Translations under genes and position numbers: made by a program
DNA from: a virus
Taxonomy: Duplodnaviria > Caudoviricetes
Length of the DNA stretch: 61,996 nucleotides
Virus record (IMG/VR): IMGVR_UViG_3300043436_000818
Coordinates: 1 to 61,996 of that record
Reading direction: 5' to 3' (one strand)
In this document: positions 27,278 through 35,968 of the stretch, piece by piece
How positions within the stretch are numbered: position 1 is the first letter of the stretch
Layout of the letters: the number at the start of each line of letters is the position of its first letter
The notes under the pieces: generated by a model
Database searches by the model: none
What the model was told of the DNA's origin: nothing
What the model saw: only the letters and a program-made list of their open reading frames with translations

Positions 27278-27857
27278 TTTAAAGGTCGATGGAGTAATCG
27301 GTCAAAAGACATTGGACGCTGCAAACGAGTGGGTGCAAAACTATTTCTCAGTTAAAAGATGGATATGGACACCTAAGAGTTTAGTTTTTGTACGTACAGA
27401 TGATAAATTAACAAACACATTCGATGATTTTTTATTGGTAATTGTTAACGAGCGTGTTGTATCAATCGTTCCGTGTTCAACAACCGCAGGGAAATTCTAT
27501 GTTCAAAACCCAATCACACACGGAGGCGTAACAGGAACGGCAATCGCAATACCTGCTCAATATCTATGGTCACACCAATTTGTAACTTCATCCAATTGGA
27601 AGTCCCTTTGGTTAGGTATGCCATATTTTAAACAGATTAAGGCTATTGATATTTATCGAGATGGTAACAAAGATGGTGTAATTGATAAAACCAAAACTCA
27701 AAATGGGTTGTTTGGTATTAATTTCCACAGAGCAGGAGCAGGGAGTATAGTAGACCGATGGAGTGCAGGTTGTCAAGTTGTACCTGATGCGTATTGGAAA
27801 GAGGTAATAAAACATTTTACAAGTGGCGAACTAATACACTTCAATCTCATTGGCTAA
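27237..27857 (+). CDS. Endolysin candidate: peptidoglycan-binding segment plus Cys/His catalytic domain
   Basis: LKVDGVIGQKT; GINFH...WSAGCQV. Confidence 0.7.
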   Translation: MKSVQTFLNQRGYNLKVDGVIGQKTLDAANEWVQNYFSVKRWIWTPKSLVFVRTDDKLTNTFDDFLLVIVNERVVSIVPCSTTAGKFYVQNPITHGGVTGTAIAIPAQYLWSHQFVTSSNWKSLWLGMPYFKQIKAIDIYRDGNKDGVIDKTKTQNGLFGINFHRAGAGSIVDRWSAGCQVVPDAYWKEVIKHFTSGELIHFNLIG

Positions 27858-28389
27858 GACTATTCCCATAAATGACCTTATAAATCGTTTAGGAGAGGAC
27901 AAAAACCTTTTCACGGAAGAATCATCCCTATTACAACAGATAATCGCTGAGTGGAGCAATAAAGCGGTTAATTTGATGCGTAAGGAGTTGGACAATAAGA
28001 ACGCCAACGCATCGAGTTCGTTAAAGCAATCAATTCAACCTGGCGAAATAACTCAAACTCCTACTTCCTTACTGATTACTTTCCTAATGGAAGATTATTG
28101 GGAGCAAGTAGAGTTTGGACGTAAGCCGACAAAAGGCGGTCACAAAGAAGGTACTCCCTATCTATGGCAATCCATTAAAGAGTGGATGGCTTTCAAAGGT
28201 ATCAAACCAAACAAAGGTGTTTCATACGATACATTAGCCCGTGCAATTGCTCGTAAAATCCACAGACGCGGTTACAAAGGCAAACACTTTATCGAAGATT
28301 CATTCACGGAATCACTACAACAAGAACTTGCAAACGAATTAGCCTCTCAGTTGGGCAATATTATTTTTTCTCTTGATATTAAACAATAA
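27850..28389 (+). CDS. Neck/tail completion protein (HK97 gp10-like)
   Basis: SLKQSI, YWEQVEFGR, IARKIHRRG..GKHFI; homolog of 39743. Confidence 0.65.
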   Translation: MAKTIPINDLINRLGEDKNLFTEESSLLQQIIAEWSNKAVNLMRKELDNKNANASSSLKQSIQPGEITQTPTSLLITFLMEDYWEQVEFGRKPTKGGHKEGTPYLWQSIKEWMAFKGIKPNKGVSYDTLARAIARKIHRRGYKGKHFIEDSFTESLQQELANELASQLGNIIFSLDIKQ

Positions 28390-28390
28390 A

Positions 28391-28422
28391 TTTGCATAAT
28401 TGAAAGTTTAAGTTTACCTTTG
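28391..28422 (+). promoter_or_regulatory. Bacteroidota-type early promoter
   Basis: TTTG-N20-TACCTTTG. Confidence 0.8.
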
Positions 28423-28430
28423 CTTTCACT

Positions 28431-28637
28431 ATGACAATAGAACAAATCAGAGAAGAAATCCTAAAGAAACGCTATCACGGCATTTACAAGGACATTCAGC
28501 ACAGAACAGGGTTGAGTTTACCAACCATTCGTAGATACTTCCACGGAGATATCTATCAGAAAAACGCTAAAACAGTATTATCAACGGCTTACAAATTAAT
28601 TAGAGAAAATGAAGTGGGTAGCAGTTTTGGAGAATGA
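28431..28637 (+). CDS. HTH transcriptional regulator
   Basis: YKDIQHRTGLSLPTIRRYFHG. Confidence 0.75.
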   Translation: MTIEQIREEILKKRYHGIYKDIQHRTGLSLPTIRRYFHGDIYQKNAKTVLSTAYKLIRENEVGSSFGE

Positions 28638-28887
28638 TATAGTATTAGACTATCACTCCGTTCAGTATTACTTTCGTAAATCCGATGTAGAAGCTTATCT
28701 CGTTGGATTAGATGATTCATTAGTTAACCAATATTATAAATCTACCGCAGTACCTTTTGAGGATTGCATAGACTTTGAAAATTGGTTTGACTTTGAACAA
28801 TTTCACAAAGAGTATCACGATACTTTTGTTTGTCACCTTTATTTGGGGTGGATGTCAGGAAAATTAACACCATACAACTATGAATAA
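28609..28887 (+). CDS. Hypothetical protein
   Basis: Coupled ORF. Confidence 0.6.
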   Translation: MKWVAVLENDIVLDYHSVQYYFRKSDVEAYLVGLDDSLVNQYYKSTAVPFEDCIDFENWFDFEQFHKEYHDTFVCHLYLGWMSGKLTPYNYE

Positions 28888-29428
28888 ATCAGAATCAATC
28901 GCTAATCTTGCAGCAGCATTGTGCAAGTTCCAAGCCAACATCGGAAAGGTTAAAAAGGAAGCAACCAATCCGTTTTTTAAATCTAAGTATGCGTCACTTG
29001 CGAACATCTTAGACGTTATCCAAAAACCATTAGCAGATGCAGGGTTGTCGTTCTGTCAATTACCCGATGCAGATTGTTTAACAACCATTCTTATGCACGA
29101 TAGCGGAGAGTGGATTGAAGCAACCTATTGTATGCCAGTAGTCAAAACCAATGACCCACAAGCAATGGGTTCGGCTATTACCTACGCTCGTAGATATGCA
29201 CTTGGTTCTATTCTTGGATTGAACATTGACGAAGACGATGACGGAGAGAAAGCGATGCAGCGTAATACAAAACAAGATGTACCACAAGAGAAATTGTTTA
29301 TCAACCCTGCAATGATGCAATGGGAGAAAGCGGTTGAACACATCAAAGGTGGTGGAGCTATTGAGGATATCTTGAAGAAGTATCAACTCAAGCCCGAACA
29401 CTTGACTATTTTAAAGGCGGTTAAATGA
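28880..29428 (+). CDS. erf: ERF-family single-strand annealing protein
   Basis: NPFFKSKYASL, GSAITYARRYAL...EDDDG. Confidence 0.93.
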   Translation: MNKSESIANLAAALCKFQANIGKVKKEATNPFFKSKYASLANILDVIQKPLADAGLSFCQLPDADCLTTILMHDSGEWIEATYCMPVVKTNDPQAMGSAITYARRYALGSILGLNIDEDDDGEKAMQRNTKQDVPQEKLFINPAMMQWEKAVEHIKGGGAIEDILKKYQLKPEHLTILKAVK

Positions 29429-29445
29429 ATGATTGAGGAACAGAT

Positions 29446-30075
29446 ATGATATCTACAAACTTAACAGAAGAAGCGTGGTTGCAATTACGGCAGTCACGCT
29501 TTACAGGCAGCGAAATCTATAAACTAATGGGTAAACCTCGTAACAAATCAGAGTATCTAAGCGAAACGGCTAAATCTTACGTTTACGAAAAAGCAGGTGT
29601 TATCCTTACAGGTATTCAACCCGAAATCTTCGGACGTGCTTTAGAATGGGGTAAGAACTACGAGCGTCAAGCCTTTGATACTTTCGCAGCACAAGACTTT
29701 AAAGAGTACACGTACTATGGTGGTGAAACATTTACATTCATAGAGTTCAATGAGATTAGCGGATTTTCTCCCGATGGTTTAGGTGAAGATTCTATTATCG
29801 AGATTAAGTGTCCGTTCAATTCAGCTGTTCACCTACGGAATGCCACAATTACCGATGCAGAAAGTTTAAAGGATAACCACCCCGAGTACTACTGGCAAAT
29901 GCAATTTGGGATGCTATGTACTCAGACCGAATACGGAATCTTTGTGTCGTATGACCCTCGTATGCCTGAATCTCACAAACTATTTACATCCGTAATTGAG
30001 TTGGAAGATATCCGAGAGGAAGTAGAAGAGAAACTATACCACGCAGGTTTGATGTTAAATAGTATCATTCACTAA
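29446..30075 (+). CDS. YqaJ/lambda-type exonuclease
   Basis: W...R..RFTGSE, WG..YE, SPDGL, EIKCP, YYWQMQ. Confidence 0.92.
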   Translation: MISTNLTEEAWLQLRQSRFTGSEIYKLMGKPRNKSEYLSETAKSYVYEKAGVILTGIQPEIFGRALEWGKNYERQAFDTFAAQDFKEYTYYGGETFTFIEFNEISGFSPDGLGEDSIIEIKCPFNSAVHLRNATITDAESLKDNHPEYYWQMQFGMLCTQTEYGIFVSYDPRMPESHKLFTSVIELEDIREEVEEKLYHAGLMLNSIIH

Positions 30076-30133
30076 GGAAATTGTCCGTTTACTAAAAAAC
30101 GTAAATAAAAGTGAAAATAAATTGAAAGCAACT

Positions 30134-30164
30134 ATTGCAATATCAAAACTTATCTGTACTTTTG
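30134..30164 (+). promoter_or_regulatory. Bacteroidota-type promoter
   Basis: ATTG-N19-TACTTTTG. Confidence 0.7.
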
Positions 30165-30190
30165 AATCAACAAATAAGAAAACAAAAGAT

Positions 30191-30538
30191 ATGAATAGCG
30201 TAATCTTGTACTACAAAAAAAAGGATGGTATAATAGACATCAATAATTCAAAGTTGTTTATTGGAGATAATGAGTATTTAATTCAACACCTTACTAAAGG
30301 TGGTTATTTTTCAAAATCTGCTTTATTACCATTTTTTGAATATGAAGAAACAACTGATGGTGAAGGTGGTCAAATGTGTTTGTTTATAACTGATGAAGTT
30401 GCTGAAACTATTGTAAAATCGTATTGCAACCTTAAAGGTAAAGTTTGGGATAATAACCCACAACCAATATACGAAAGCATCGCAGAACGTAATGAAGTAA
30501 AATATGGAGATGGCGTAAATCTTGAATGGTTTAAATAA
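30191..30538 (+). CDS. Hypothetical protein (moron-like)
   Basis: Own promoter and downstream hairpin; start set at ATG 30191. Confidence 0.6.
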   Translation: MNSVILYYKKKDGIIDINNSKLFIGDNEYLIQHLTKGGYFSKSALLPFFEYEETTDGEGGQMCLFITDEVAETIVKSYCNLKGKVWDNNPQPIYESIAERNEVKYGDGVNLEWFK

Positions 30539-30553
30539 TAAAAAAAAAATAAT

Positions 30554-30574
30554 GGGAGGGGAAACCCTCCCTTT
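30554..30574 (+). terminator. Terminator-like hairpin
   Basis: GGGAGGG-GAAA-CCCTCCC-TTT; upstream A-tract allows reverse action. Confidence 0.7.
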
Positions 30575-30587
30575 AAAACCTAAAACT

Positions 30588-30800
30588 ATGTTACCTATAG
30601 AATTTTTAATCTTGTACCCAATCAGCCTACCCGTTGCATTTCTAATGCACAAGGCTTGGAAGAAGTTAACGACTAAAATTGAACTACCAGAGGCACAACC
30701 TTATCAGTTCGAGAAAGACCAACCAATTGCCAATTTTAATCAAGTCACTAAGCATTGGAAGAAAGAGGCTAATAGAATGTATCGAGGAGGTCAACTATGA
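30588..30800 (+). CDS. Small membrane-anchored protein
   Basis: MLPIEFLILYP; homolog at 57386. Confidence 0.7.
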   Translation: MLPIEFLILYPISLPVAFLMHKAWKKLTTKIELPEAQPYQFEKDQPIANFNQVTKHWKKEANRMYRGGQL

Positions 30801-31054
30801 GTATAATCTACAAACACCAATCCATCGTTAACAATGTTGAAGTTTATCGCGTTTGGAAAGATGGAGACTTAGTCGGTGAATTTAAAGAGGAGCATAAAGC
30901 CGACCACTTGTATTATTACCTATTATCTACACGAACAGACCATTTTAAACAAGCAATTATGGAAGCCTACACACAAGGACGTATCTCAATGTTGAAACAG
31001 AATGGTAGATTAGCAGACGAATATTATACTGAAACATATGAAAATAATAGTTAA
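30797..31054 (+). CDS. Hypothetical mini-array protein
   Basis: Ends ADEYYTETY like neighbouring genes. Confidence 0.65.
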   Translation: MSIIYKHQSIVNNVEVYRVWKDGDLVGEFKEEHKADHLYYYLLSTRTDHFKQAIMEAYTQGRISMLKQNGRLADEYYTETYENNS

Positions 31055-31202
31055 ACACAAAAACACGGAAGTTGTCATCGAGGATGGCGAAACTAAAACC
31101 GACACTAATTCCAATCTAATCTACTACAATCAGAAGTATTTATTAGAATTGTTGGACAAGATTTTTAAAGAGATTAAAGCATTGGACAATGAGCAACAAT
31201 AA
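31038..31202 (+). CDS. 54-aa hypothetical protein (not in ORF track)
   Basis: MKIIVKHKNTEVVIEDG; near-identical copy at 61720-61884. Confidence 0.7.
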   Translation: MKIIVKHKNTEVVIEDGETKTDTNSNLIYYNQKYLLELLDKIFKEIKALDNEQQ

Positions 31203-31206
31203 ACAA
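31050..31206 (+). repeat. 157-bp repeat shared with 61732-61888
   Basis: One mismatch seen (cagaag vs caaaag). Confidence 0.9.
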
Positions 31207-31434
31207 CAAACGGCAGTAGAGTGGTTTGCCCAAGAAAGTTGGAAACTACGTGTTGAATTAGAGGGTGGCAAAATATCTTTGGGTGAATATGCCAATAAAT
31301 ATTACCAACTAAAGGAACAAGCCAAAGAAATGGAGAAGGAGCAGATAATAAATGCGGTTGACGGTTTCCCATTAGCCAATAGGAATTTAGATGGTAGTGA
31401 GTATTATGAAAAAACATACGGAGGTGACAAATGA
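31189..31434 (+). CDS. QTAVEW/AKEMEKEQ-family mini-protein
   Basis: Conserved blocks shared with 31890. Confidence 0.7.
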   Translation: MSNNKQQTAVEWFAQESWKLRVELEGGKISLGEYANKYYQLKEQAKEMEKEQIINAVDGFPLANRNLDGSEYYEKTYGGDK

Positions 31435-31640
31435 GCAACGAAACACAACAAACAATAGTTCAGTGGATTAGACACCAAATAAAACAACAAGGTGTTAGTC
31501 ATTATTTTACAACAAGGGAAATACTTGATAGAGCTGAACAAATGGAAAATGAGCAACGTAAAAAAATTTGGAACGAAGCATTAAAATCAGTTGAAAAAAA
31601 ATTAGAATTATTAAAAGAAATCTACGGAGGTAACAAATGA
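31431..31640 (+). CDS. QTAVEW-like mini-protein
   Basis: QQTIVQW, AEQMENEQ, YGGNK end. Confidence 0.65.
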   Translation: MSNETQQTIVQWIRHQIKQQGVSHYFTTREILDRAEQMENEQRKKIWNEALKSVEKKLELLKEIYGGNK

Positions 31641-31792
31641 GCAACAATAAACAAAGTATGAAACTATACACTAAAGAAGACTTTTTAAAAGCCGCTGAAT
31701 TTTGCGAAGTGTCAATGATAGATGCGAAATATATAATTGAACGCATTGATGAAGTAAGCGACCCCATCGAACTACCAAGTGATGAGGAGATA
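31636..31792 (+). repeat. Internal copy of the 157-bp repeat (A/B junction)
   Basis: Identical to 1-157. Confidence 0.95.
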
Positions 31793-31900
31793 GGAAAGGA
31801 ATTTAAGCATAGTAGTGAAAATTGGGAAGTTAGACAAGCACTTGAAGTAGGTGCAAAATGGATGCGTGACAAAATACATGGAGGTAACAATGAGCAATAA
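31637..31900 (+). CDS. PIELPSDEEI-family mini-protein
   Basis: Shares N-half with 2-283. Confidence 0.7.
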   Translation: MSNNKQSMKLYTKEDFLKAAEFCEVSMIDAKYIIERIDEVSDPIELPSDEEIGKEFKHSSENWEVRQALEVGAKWMRDKIHGGNNEQ

Positions 31901-32135
31901 ACAACAAACGGCAGTAGAGTGGTTGATTGACCAATTAATTGAACACCGAATTATCATTGTTGATAAAACAACATACCAAGTCAAATACAAACATGAAATC
32001 CTTTTAGAACAAGCCAAAGAAATGGAGAAAGAACAAATGGAAAATGCACAATGTGGCTATATTGGTGGTTGGAATGAAGGTGAATTTGATGAATGGTACG
32101 AACAAACATACGGAGGTAACAATGACAATCCTTAA
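31890..32135 (+). CDS. QTAVEW/AKEMEKEQ-family mini-protein
   Basis: Start set at ATG 31890 after GGAGG. Confidence 0.7.
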   Translation: MSNKQQTAVEWLIDQLIEHRIIIVDKTTYQVKYKHEILLEQAKEMEKEQMENAQCGYIGGWNEGEFDEWYEQTYGGNNDNP

Positions 32136-32247
32136 ATTTATGTTGGACTACCTCTTAATTTTTGTACTGGGTGGGTTTGTTGTATTCGTATTCCTGTACT
32201 TATTAATTGATTTAATTAGAAGCTTGGTTAGATATTACAAAAAATGA
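32122..32247 (+). CDS. Small membrane peptide
   Basis: Single TM; GGAGG upstream. Confidence 0.55.
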   Translation: MTILKFMLDYLLIFVLGGFVVFVFLYLLIDLIRSLVRYYKK

Positions 32248-32585
32248 GGCATTTAGAATCTAAATTACAGATTCATTGCGTAAAATGGTTTAGATACGAA
32301 CACCCCGATTTGGTTTTGTTTTCAATTCCGAATGGGGGTTATCGTACAGCCATTACTGCGAAGATTATGAAAGCCGAAGGGCAATTGGCGGGAGTGGCGG
32401 ATATCTTCCTAATGTACCCCAATAACAAATATCATGGATTATGGATTGAGTTAAAGACCGACAAAGGCAGACAGAACGAAAATCAAAAGTTATTCCAAAC
32501 CAAGGCAGAGCAATTTGGGTACAAGTATTGTATCGTGAAATCTTTTGAGGAATTTATTACAACCATAACCGAATATTTAAAATAA
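32244..32585 (+). CDS. VRR-NUC domain nuclease
   Basis: ESKLQ, IPNGG.R, EG..AGVAD, IELK...GRQ..NQ. Confidence 0.9.
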   Translation: MRHLESKLQIHCVKWFRYEHPDLVLFSIPNGGYRTAITAKIMKAEGQLAGVADIFLMYPNNKYHGLWIELKTDKGRQNENQKLFQTKAEQFGYKYCIVKSFEEFITTITEYLK

Positions 32586-32611
32586 ATTGTTTATTTTGCC
32601 AATGTAAAAAG

Positions 32612-33202
32612 GTGCTAACATTGGAACACATAGCCCACATGGATGTCAAATGGAGGAAGATGGCTAATTACCTTGGTGCAAGGTGGGGGGATATTGACGA
32701 TTGTGTTCAAAATATGTATTTAAAATTAGCGGAAATACAGGAAACAGAGGGTTCATTGCAACGATTGGAAACACCATCAGGTGGTGTGAATACCTTTTAC
32801 ATTTTTAAAATTCTACAATCGGCAGTTATTAACGTATATCGTGCAGAGAACAAGGTATATGACCATGAGGCACAATTTAACCCAATAGAATCTCCCGAAG
32901 AATCCGAATACAGGTATCAACAATTGATGGCACGGATTAAGGAGGTAATTGACACGATGCATGAATATGACCAAATGATTTTGGAATTGTATTTTGTCTA
33001 TGGGCATAGTTTACGGCAAATTGAAAAGCGTACAGGGATAACAGTTACATCGGTTTATAACACCTTGAAAAACGCCAAACAACACATTAAAAACCATTCA
33101 AAAGAATTATATGAGCAATACATACAACAGAAAGCAGACGAAGAAACCATCGCAAGGATTGGGGGATTCGGTGGAGAAGTTCACGGAAGCGACTGGGATT
33201 AA
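32612..33202 (+). CDS. ECF-like sigma factor
   Basis: DDCVQNMYLKL; YDQMILELY...SLRQIEKRTGITVTSVYNTLK. Confidence 0.8.
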   Translation: MLTLEHIAHMDVKWRKMANYLGARWGDIDDCVQNMYLKLAEIQETEGSLQRLETPSGGVNTFYIFKILQSAVINVYRAENKVYDHEAQFNPIESPEESEYRYQQLMARIKEVIDTMHEYDQMILELYFVYGHSLRQIEKRTGITVTSVYNTLKNAKQHIKNHSKELYEQYIQQKADEETIARIGGFGGEVHGSDWD

Positions 33203-33500
33203 AGAGGTAGTAAAATTTGTAGCAGGTGAGGACTGCGGATGCGATGAGCGTAAGAATAAGTTAAATGCATTATTCCCACGGAGGCAACCCCTATGTATGA
33301 CAGAGGAAGAATACAATTGGTGGACTGCGTTCAGGGATAAAAATAGCACCGAAATTATGCCTGATGAAACCAATCACATTGCACAGATGTACACCCGTTT
33401 ATTTCAGCGTAAAAAGATATACCATCCCTGCCATTGCAATCCCAAGGCATGGCAAGAAATGATTAACCACCTAAATTACATTTGGGATACCTACCAATAG
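33111..33500 (+). CDS. Conserved phage Cys-rich protein
   Basis: GLGDSVEK...DCGCDERK..LN; PCHC. Confidence 0.75.
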   Translation: MSNTYNRKQTKKPSQGLGDSVEKFTEATGIKEVVKFVAGEDCGCDERKNKLNALFPRRQPLCMTEEEYNWWTAFRDKNSTEIMPDETNHIAQMYTRLFQRKKIYHPCHCNPKAWQEMINHLNYIWDTYQ

Positions 33501-33501
33501 A

Positions 33502-33681
33502 ATGGAGAAACCAATTATAACAAAATCGTATTGGTGTGATAGATGGTATTTTGCGGTATGGTATAAGGGGTTAAGGCGTGGATTGTATGACACCAAACAA
33601 GAGGCACAATTAAAAGTAAAAGAATATGAAACAGGAATTAGTACACATAACCAAGTTGGTAAACAACAAGGGGCAAATTGA
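33502..33681 (+). CDS. Hypothetical protein (59 aa, not in ORF track)
   Basis: Fills the gap between coupled genes. Confidence 0.4.
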   Translation: MEKPIITKSYWCDRWYFAVWYKGLRRGLYDTKQEAQLKVKEYETGISTHNQVGKQQGAN

Positions 33682-34801
33682 GGGTTTACCCAAAAACCCA
33701 AGGTTTTGTAAGGATCACAAATTCGTGCAATTAAAACAATCCATCAAGGAAGACCCCGAGATGTTGGAATTACGTGAGGTTATTGCCGTGGATTACAATG
33801 GGGAATTGGTTGTTATTGCTGGGAATATGCGATTGAATGCGTGTTTGGAATTGGGCATTAAGGAAGTACCATGTAAGATATTGCCCCAAGATACGCCTAT
33901 TGATAAATTGAAAGCCATTACTATTAAAGACAATGTTGGATTTGGTGAGCATGATTGGGACGCATTGGCAAACGATTGGGATGTGGAAGAGTTAGCCCAT
34001 TGGGGATTGGATTTGCCTTTGGATTTTGAGGATGATGCATTGGAGGTAGATGCCGTTGAGGATGACTATGAAATGCCCGAGCAGATTGAAACGGATATTG
34101 TGGTGGGTGATTTGTTTGAGATAGGTGAACACCGATTGTTATGTGGTGATTCCACGGATAGTGATGCGGTGGCGAAATTGATGGATGGTGAAAAGGCAGA
34201 CATGGTTTTTACTGATCCTCCGTATGGAATTTCACATAGTGGTAAAGGGATTGATGGTTCAACAAAAGGCAATGATTTTGGGCAGATATTAGGGGATAAT
34301 GATGTTACTATTGCAATAGATTCATTTAATCTATGTATTTCAATGTTTCCAGAATCAACAATGATTTTTTGGGGGGCAAATTATTATTCATCATGTATCC
34401 CAAATGGATTTGGTTGGTTGATTTGGGATAAACAAAGAGAAGGTAATACATTTAGTGGTGCAGAAATTGCGTTTGTAAATAAAGGAGTTAAAGTTGATGT
34501 ATTTCGTCATCAATGGCATGGGATGATAAAAGCAAGTGAGCATGGAGAAAAAAGAGTACATCCAACACAAAAGCCAGTAGCATTAGTAGAATGGTGTTTT
34601 AATAATTATCAGGCAGGTAATTTAATTTTGGATTTATTTCTTGATAGCGGTTCAACAATGGTAGCATCCCACCAACTTAAACGCAAGTGTTATGGCATGG
34701 AACTAGACCCTAAATATTGCCAAGTGATTATTGACCGAATGCGTAAACTTGACCCGACAATAAAAATAACAAAGAACGGACAACCTTATGAAAGCATATA
34801 G
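33626..34801 (+). CDS. ParB-like N-terminus fused to an N6A/N4C DNA methyltransferase
   Basis: KNPR..AGNMRL; HRLLCGDST, DPPY, HPTQKP, DLFLDSGST. Confidence 0.9.
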   Translation: MKQELVHITKLVNNKGQIEGLPKNPRFCKDHKFVQLKQSIKEDPEMLELREVIAVDYNGELVVIAGNMRLNACLELGIKEVPCKILPQDTPIDKLKAITIKDNVGFGEHDWDALANDWDVEELAHWGLDLPLDFEDDALEVDAVEDDYEMPEQIETDIVVGDLFEIGEHRLLCGDSTDSDAVAKLMDGEKADMVFTDPPYGISHSGKGIDGSTKGNDFGQILGDNDVTIAIDSFNLCISMFPESTMIFWGANYYSSCIPNGFGWLIWDKQREGNTFSGAEIAFVNKGVKVDVFRHQWHGMIKASEHGEKRVHPTQKPVALVEWCFNNYQAGNLILDLFLDSGSTMVASHQLKRKCYGMELDPKYCQVIIDRMRKLDPTIKITKNGQPYESI

Positions 34802-34973
34802 ACACCCAAGCAAACAATTACCATCCGATGGGTTGCACGTATTAATCGTGGATATATACGACAATAAATTTATTGCCTATTACGATGGAGAGGATTGGTT
34901 TGATGTTCATACCGAAGAACATATCCAACACGTTGAATGGTGGATGTATATTCCAATAACACCAAGCGAATGA
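34788..34973 (+). CDS. DUF551-like protein
   Basis: Homolog of 7304. Confidence 0.65.
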   Translation: MKAYRHPSKQLPSDGLHVLIVDIYDNKFIAYYDGEDWFDVHTEEHIQHVEWWMYIPITPSE

Positions 34974-35968
34974 AAGTGTGTGTAATAATGGATGGCATGA
35001 GTGCCGTTACCTACCATCGATTAGCAATGCCGTGGGCAATGATTCGTTTCCATCAACAATTGGATGTAACATTTGCCATCACCAAGCCCGAAATAGAGGC
35101 GGTAAATGTTCAGGATTACGATGCTATTGTAATATCTCGATACCTACGATTCAATACCAAACTTATAACCGATTGTAAAAAGTACGGTGTCAAATTCATT
35201 GTTGATAATGATGACCATTGGATTATTCCAAAACATAACCCTGCCTATTCCTCATACAAGAAAAAGGCAAAGGATGGTGTAATATCATGCATAAAGGCAG
35301 CCGATGCGTTAATTGTTACCACCCCACAATTGGCAGAGAAAACAAAAGAAATCAACCCAAAGGTTTACATTGCCCCCAACGCATTGGATTTGGAAGAACC
35401 ACAATGGAACGCCAAGGCAGCACACCCCTTTACAATTGGATATGTTACAGGCTCATCCCACCTATATGATGTGAAGCTATTAGAGAATCAGTTATCCCAT
35501 GTACTGAAACGCAATCAATGTAATTTTCTATTGGCTGGTTATGCACCAATGGAACGAATATCACAGATGATGGAATACTACATCACGGGCGAAAAGGAAC
35601 GCCCTACGTGGTTCTATATCGGTGAGGGTGTCAATGTGTTAAACTATGGTAAATACTATGCATTTATGGATGCCGTTATTGCACCATTGGAAAAAACATC
35701 GTTCAATAAGTATAAATCGGAATTGAAGATAATTGAAGCTGCGGCATATAGATTACCCATCTTTGTTAGTGCCGTTGAACCATACACCAACCATAGAAAA
35801 AACAAAGGCGTGATTTTTGTAGAGAATAACGATTGGAGTATATTGGATAAATATTTAGCCGATAAAGCGTTATTAAAAGAGTTGGGTGAAGCCAATTACC
35901 AGTATTGTAAAGAACACCACAATTTATACCAAGTAAATGAACAACGAATTAAAGCGGTTACAGATTGA
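34970..35968 (+). CDS. GT-B (GT4-like) glycosyltransferase
   Basis: Homolog of 7486; DNDDHW, IAPL...FNKYKSELKIIE. Confidence 0.85.
   Translation: MKVCVIMDGMSAVTYHRLAMPWAMIRFHQQLDVTFAITKPEIEAVNVQDYDAIVISRYLRFNTKLITDCKKYGVKFIVDNDDHWIIPKHNPAYSSYKKKAKDGVISCIKAADALIVTTPQLAEKTKEINPKVYIAPNALDLEEPQWNAKAAHPFTIGYVTGSSHLYDVKLLENQLSHVLKRNQCNFLLAGYAPMERISQMMEYYITGEKERPTWFYIGEGVNVLNYGKYYAFMDAVIAPLEKTSFNKYKSELKIIEAAAYRLPIFVSAVEPYTNHRKNKGVIFVENNDWSILDKYLADKALLKELGEANYQYCKEHHNLYQVNEQRIKAVTD

Larger units (their letters stand above)
1..31635 (+). mobile_element. Phage genome A (tailed, probably siphovirus-like, probable Bacteroidota host); circularises on the 157-bp repeat
   Basis: Full set of packaging, head, tail, lysis, replication and recombination genes; bounded by repeat 1-157 = 31636-31792. 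Confidence 0.85.

Noticed and set aside
31189-32135. CRISPR array or integron attC array
   Set aside because: Repeats are short, degenerate, coding and non-palindromic, spaced over 200 bp apart; no cas or integrase gene recognised
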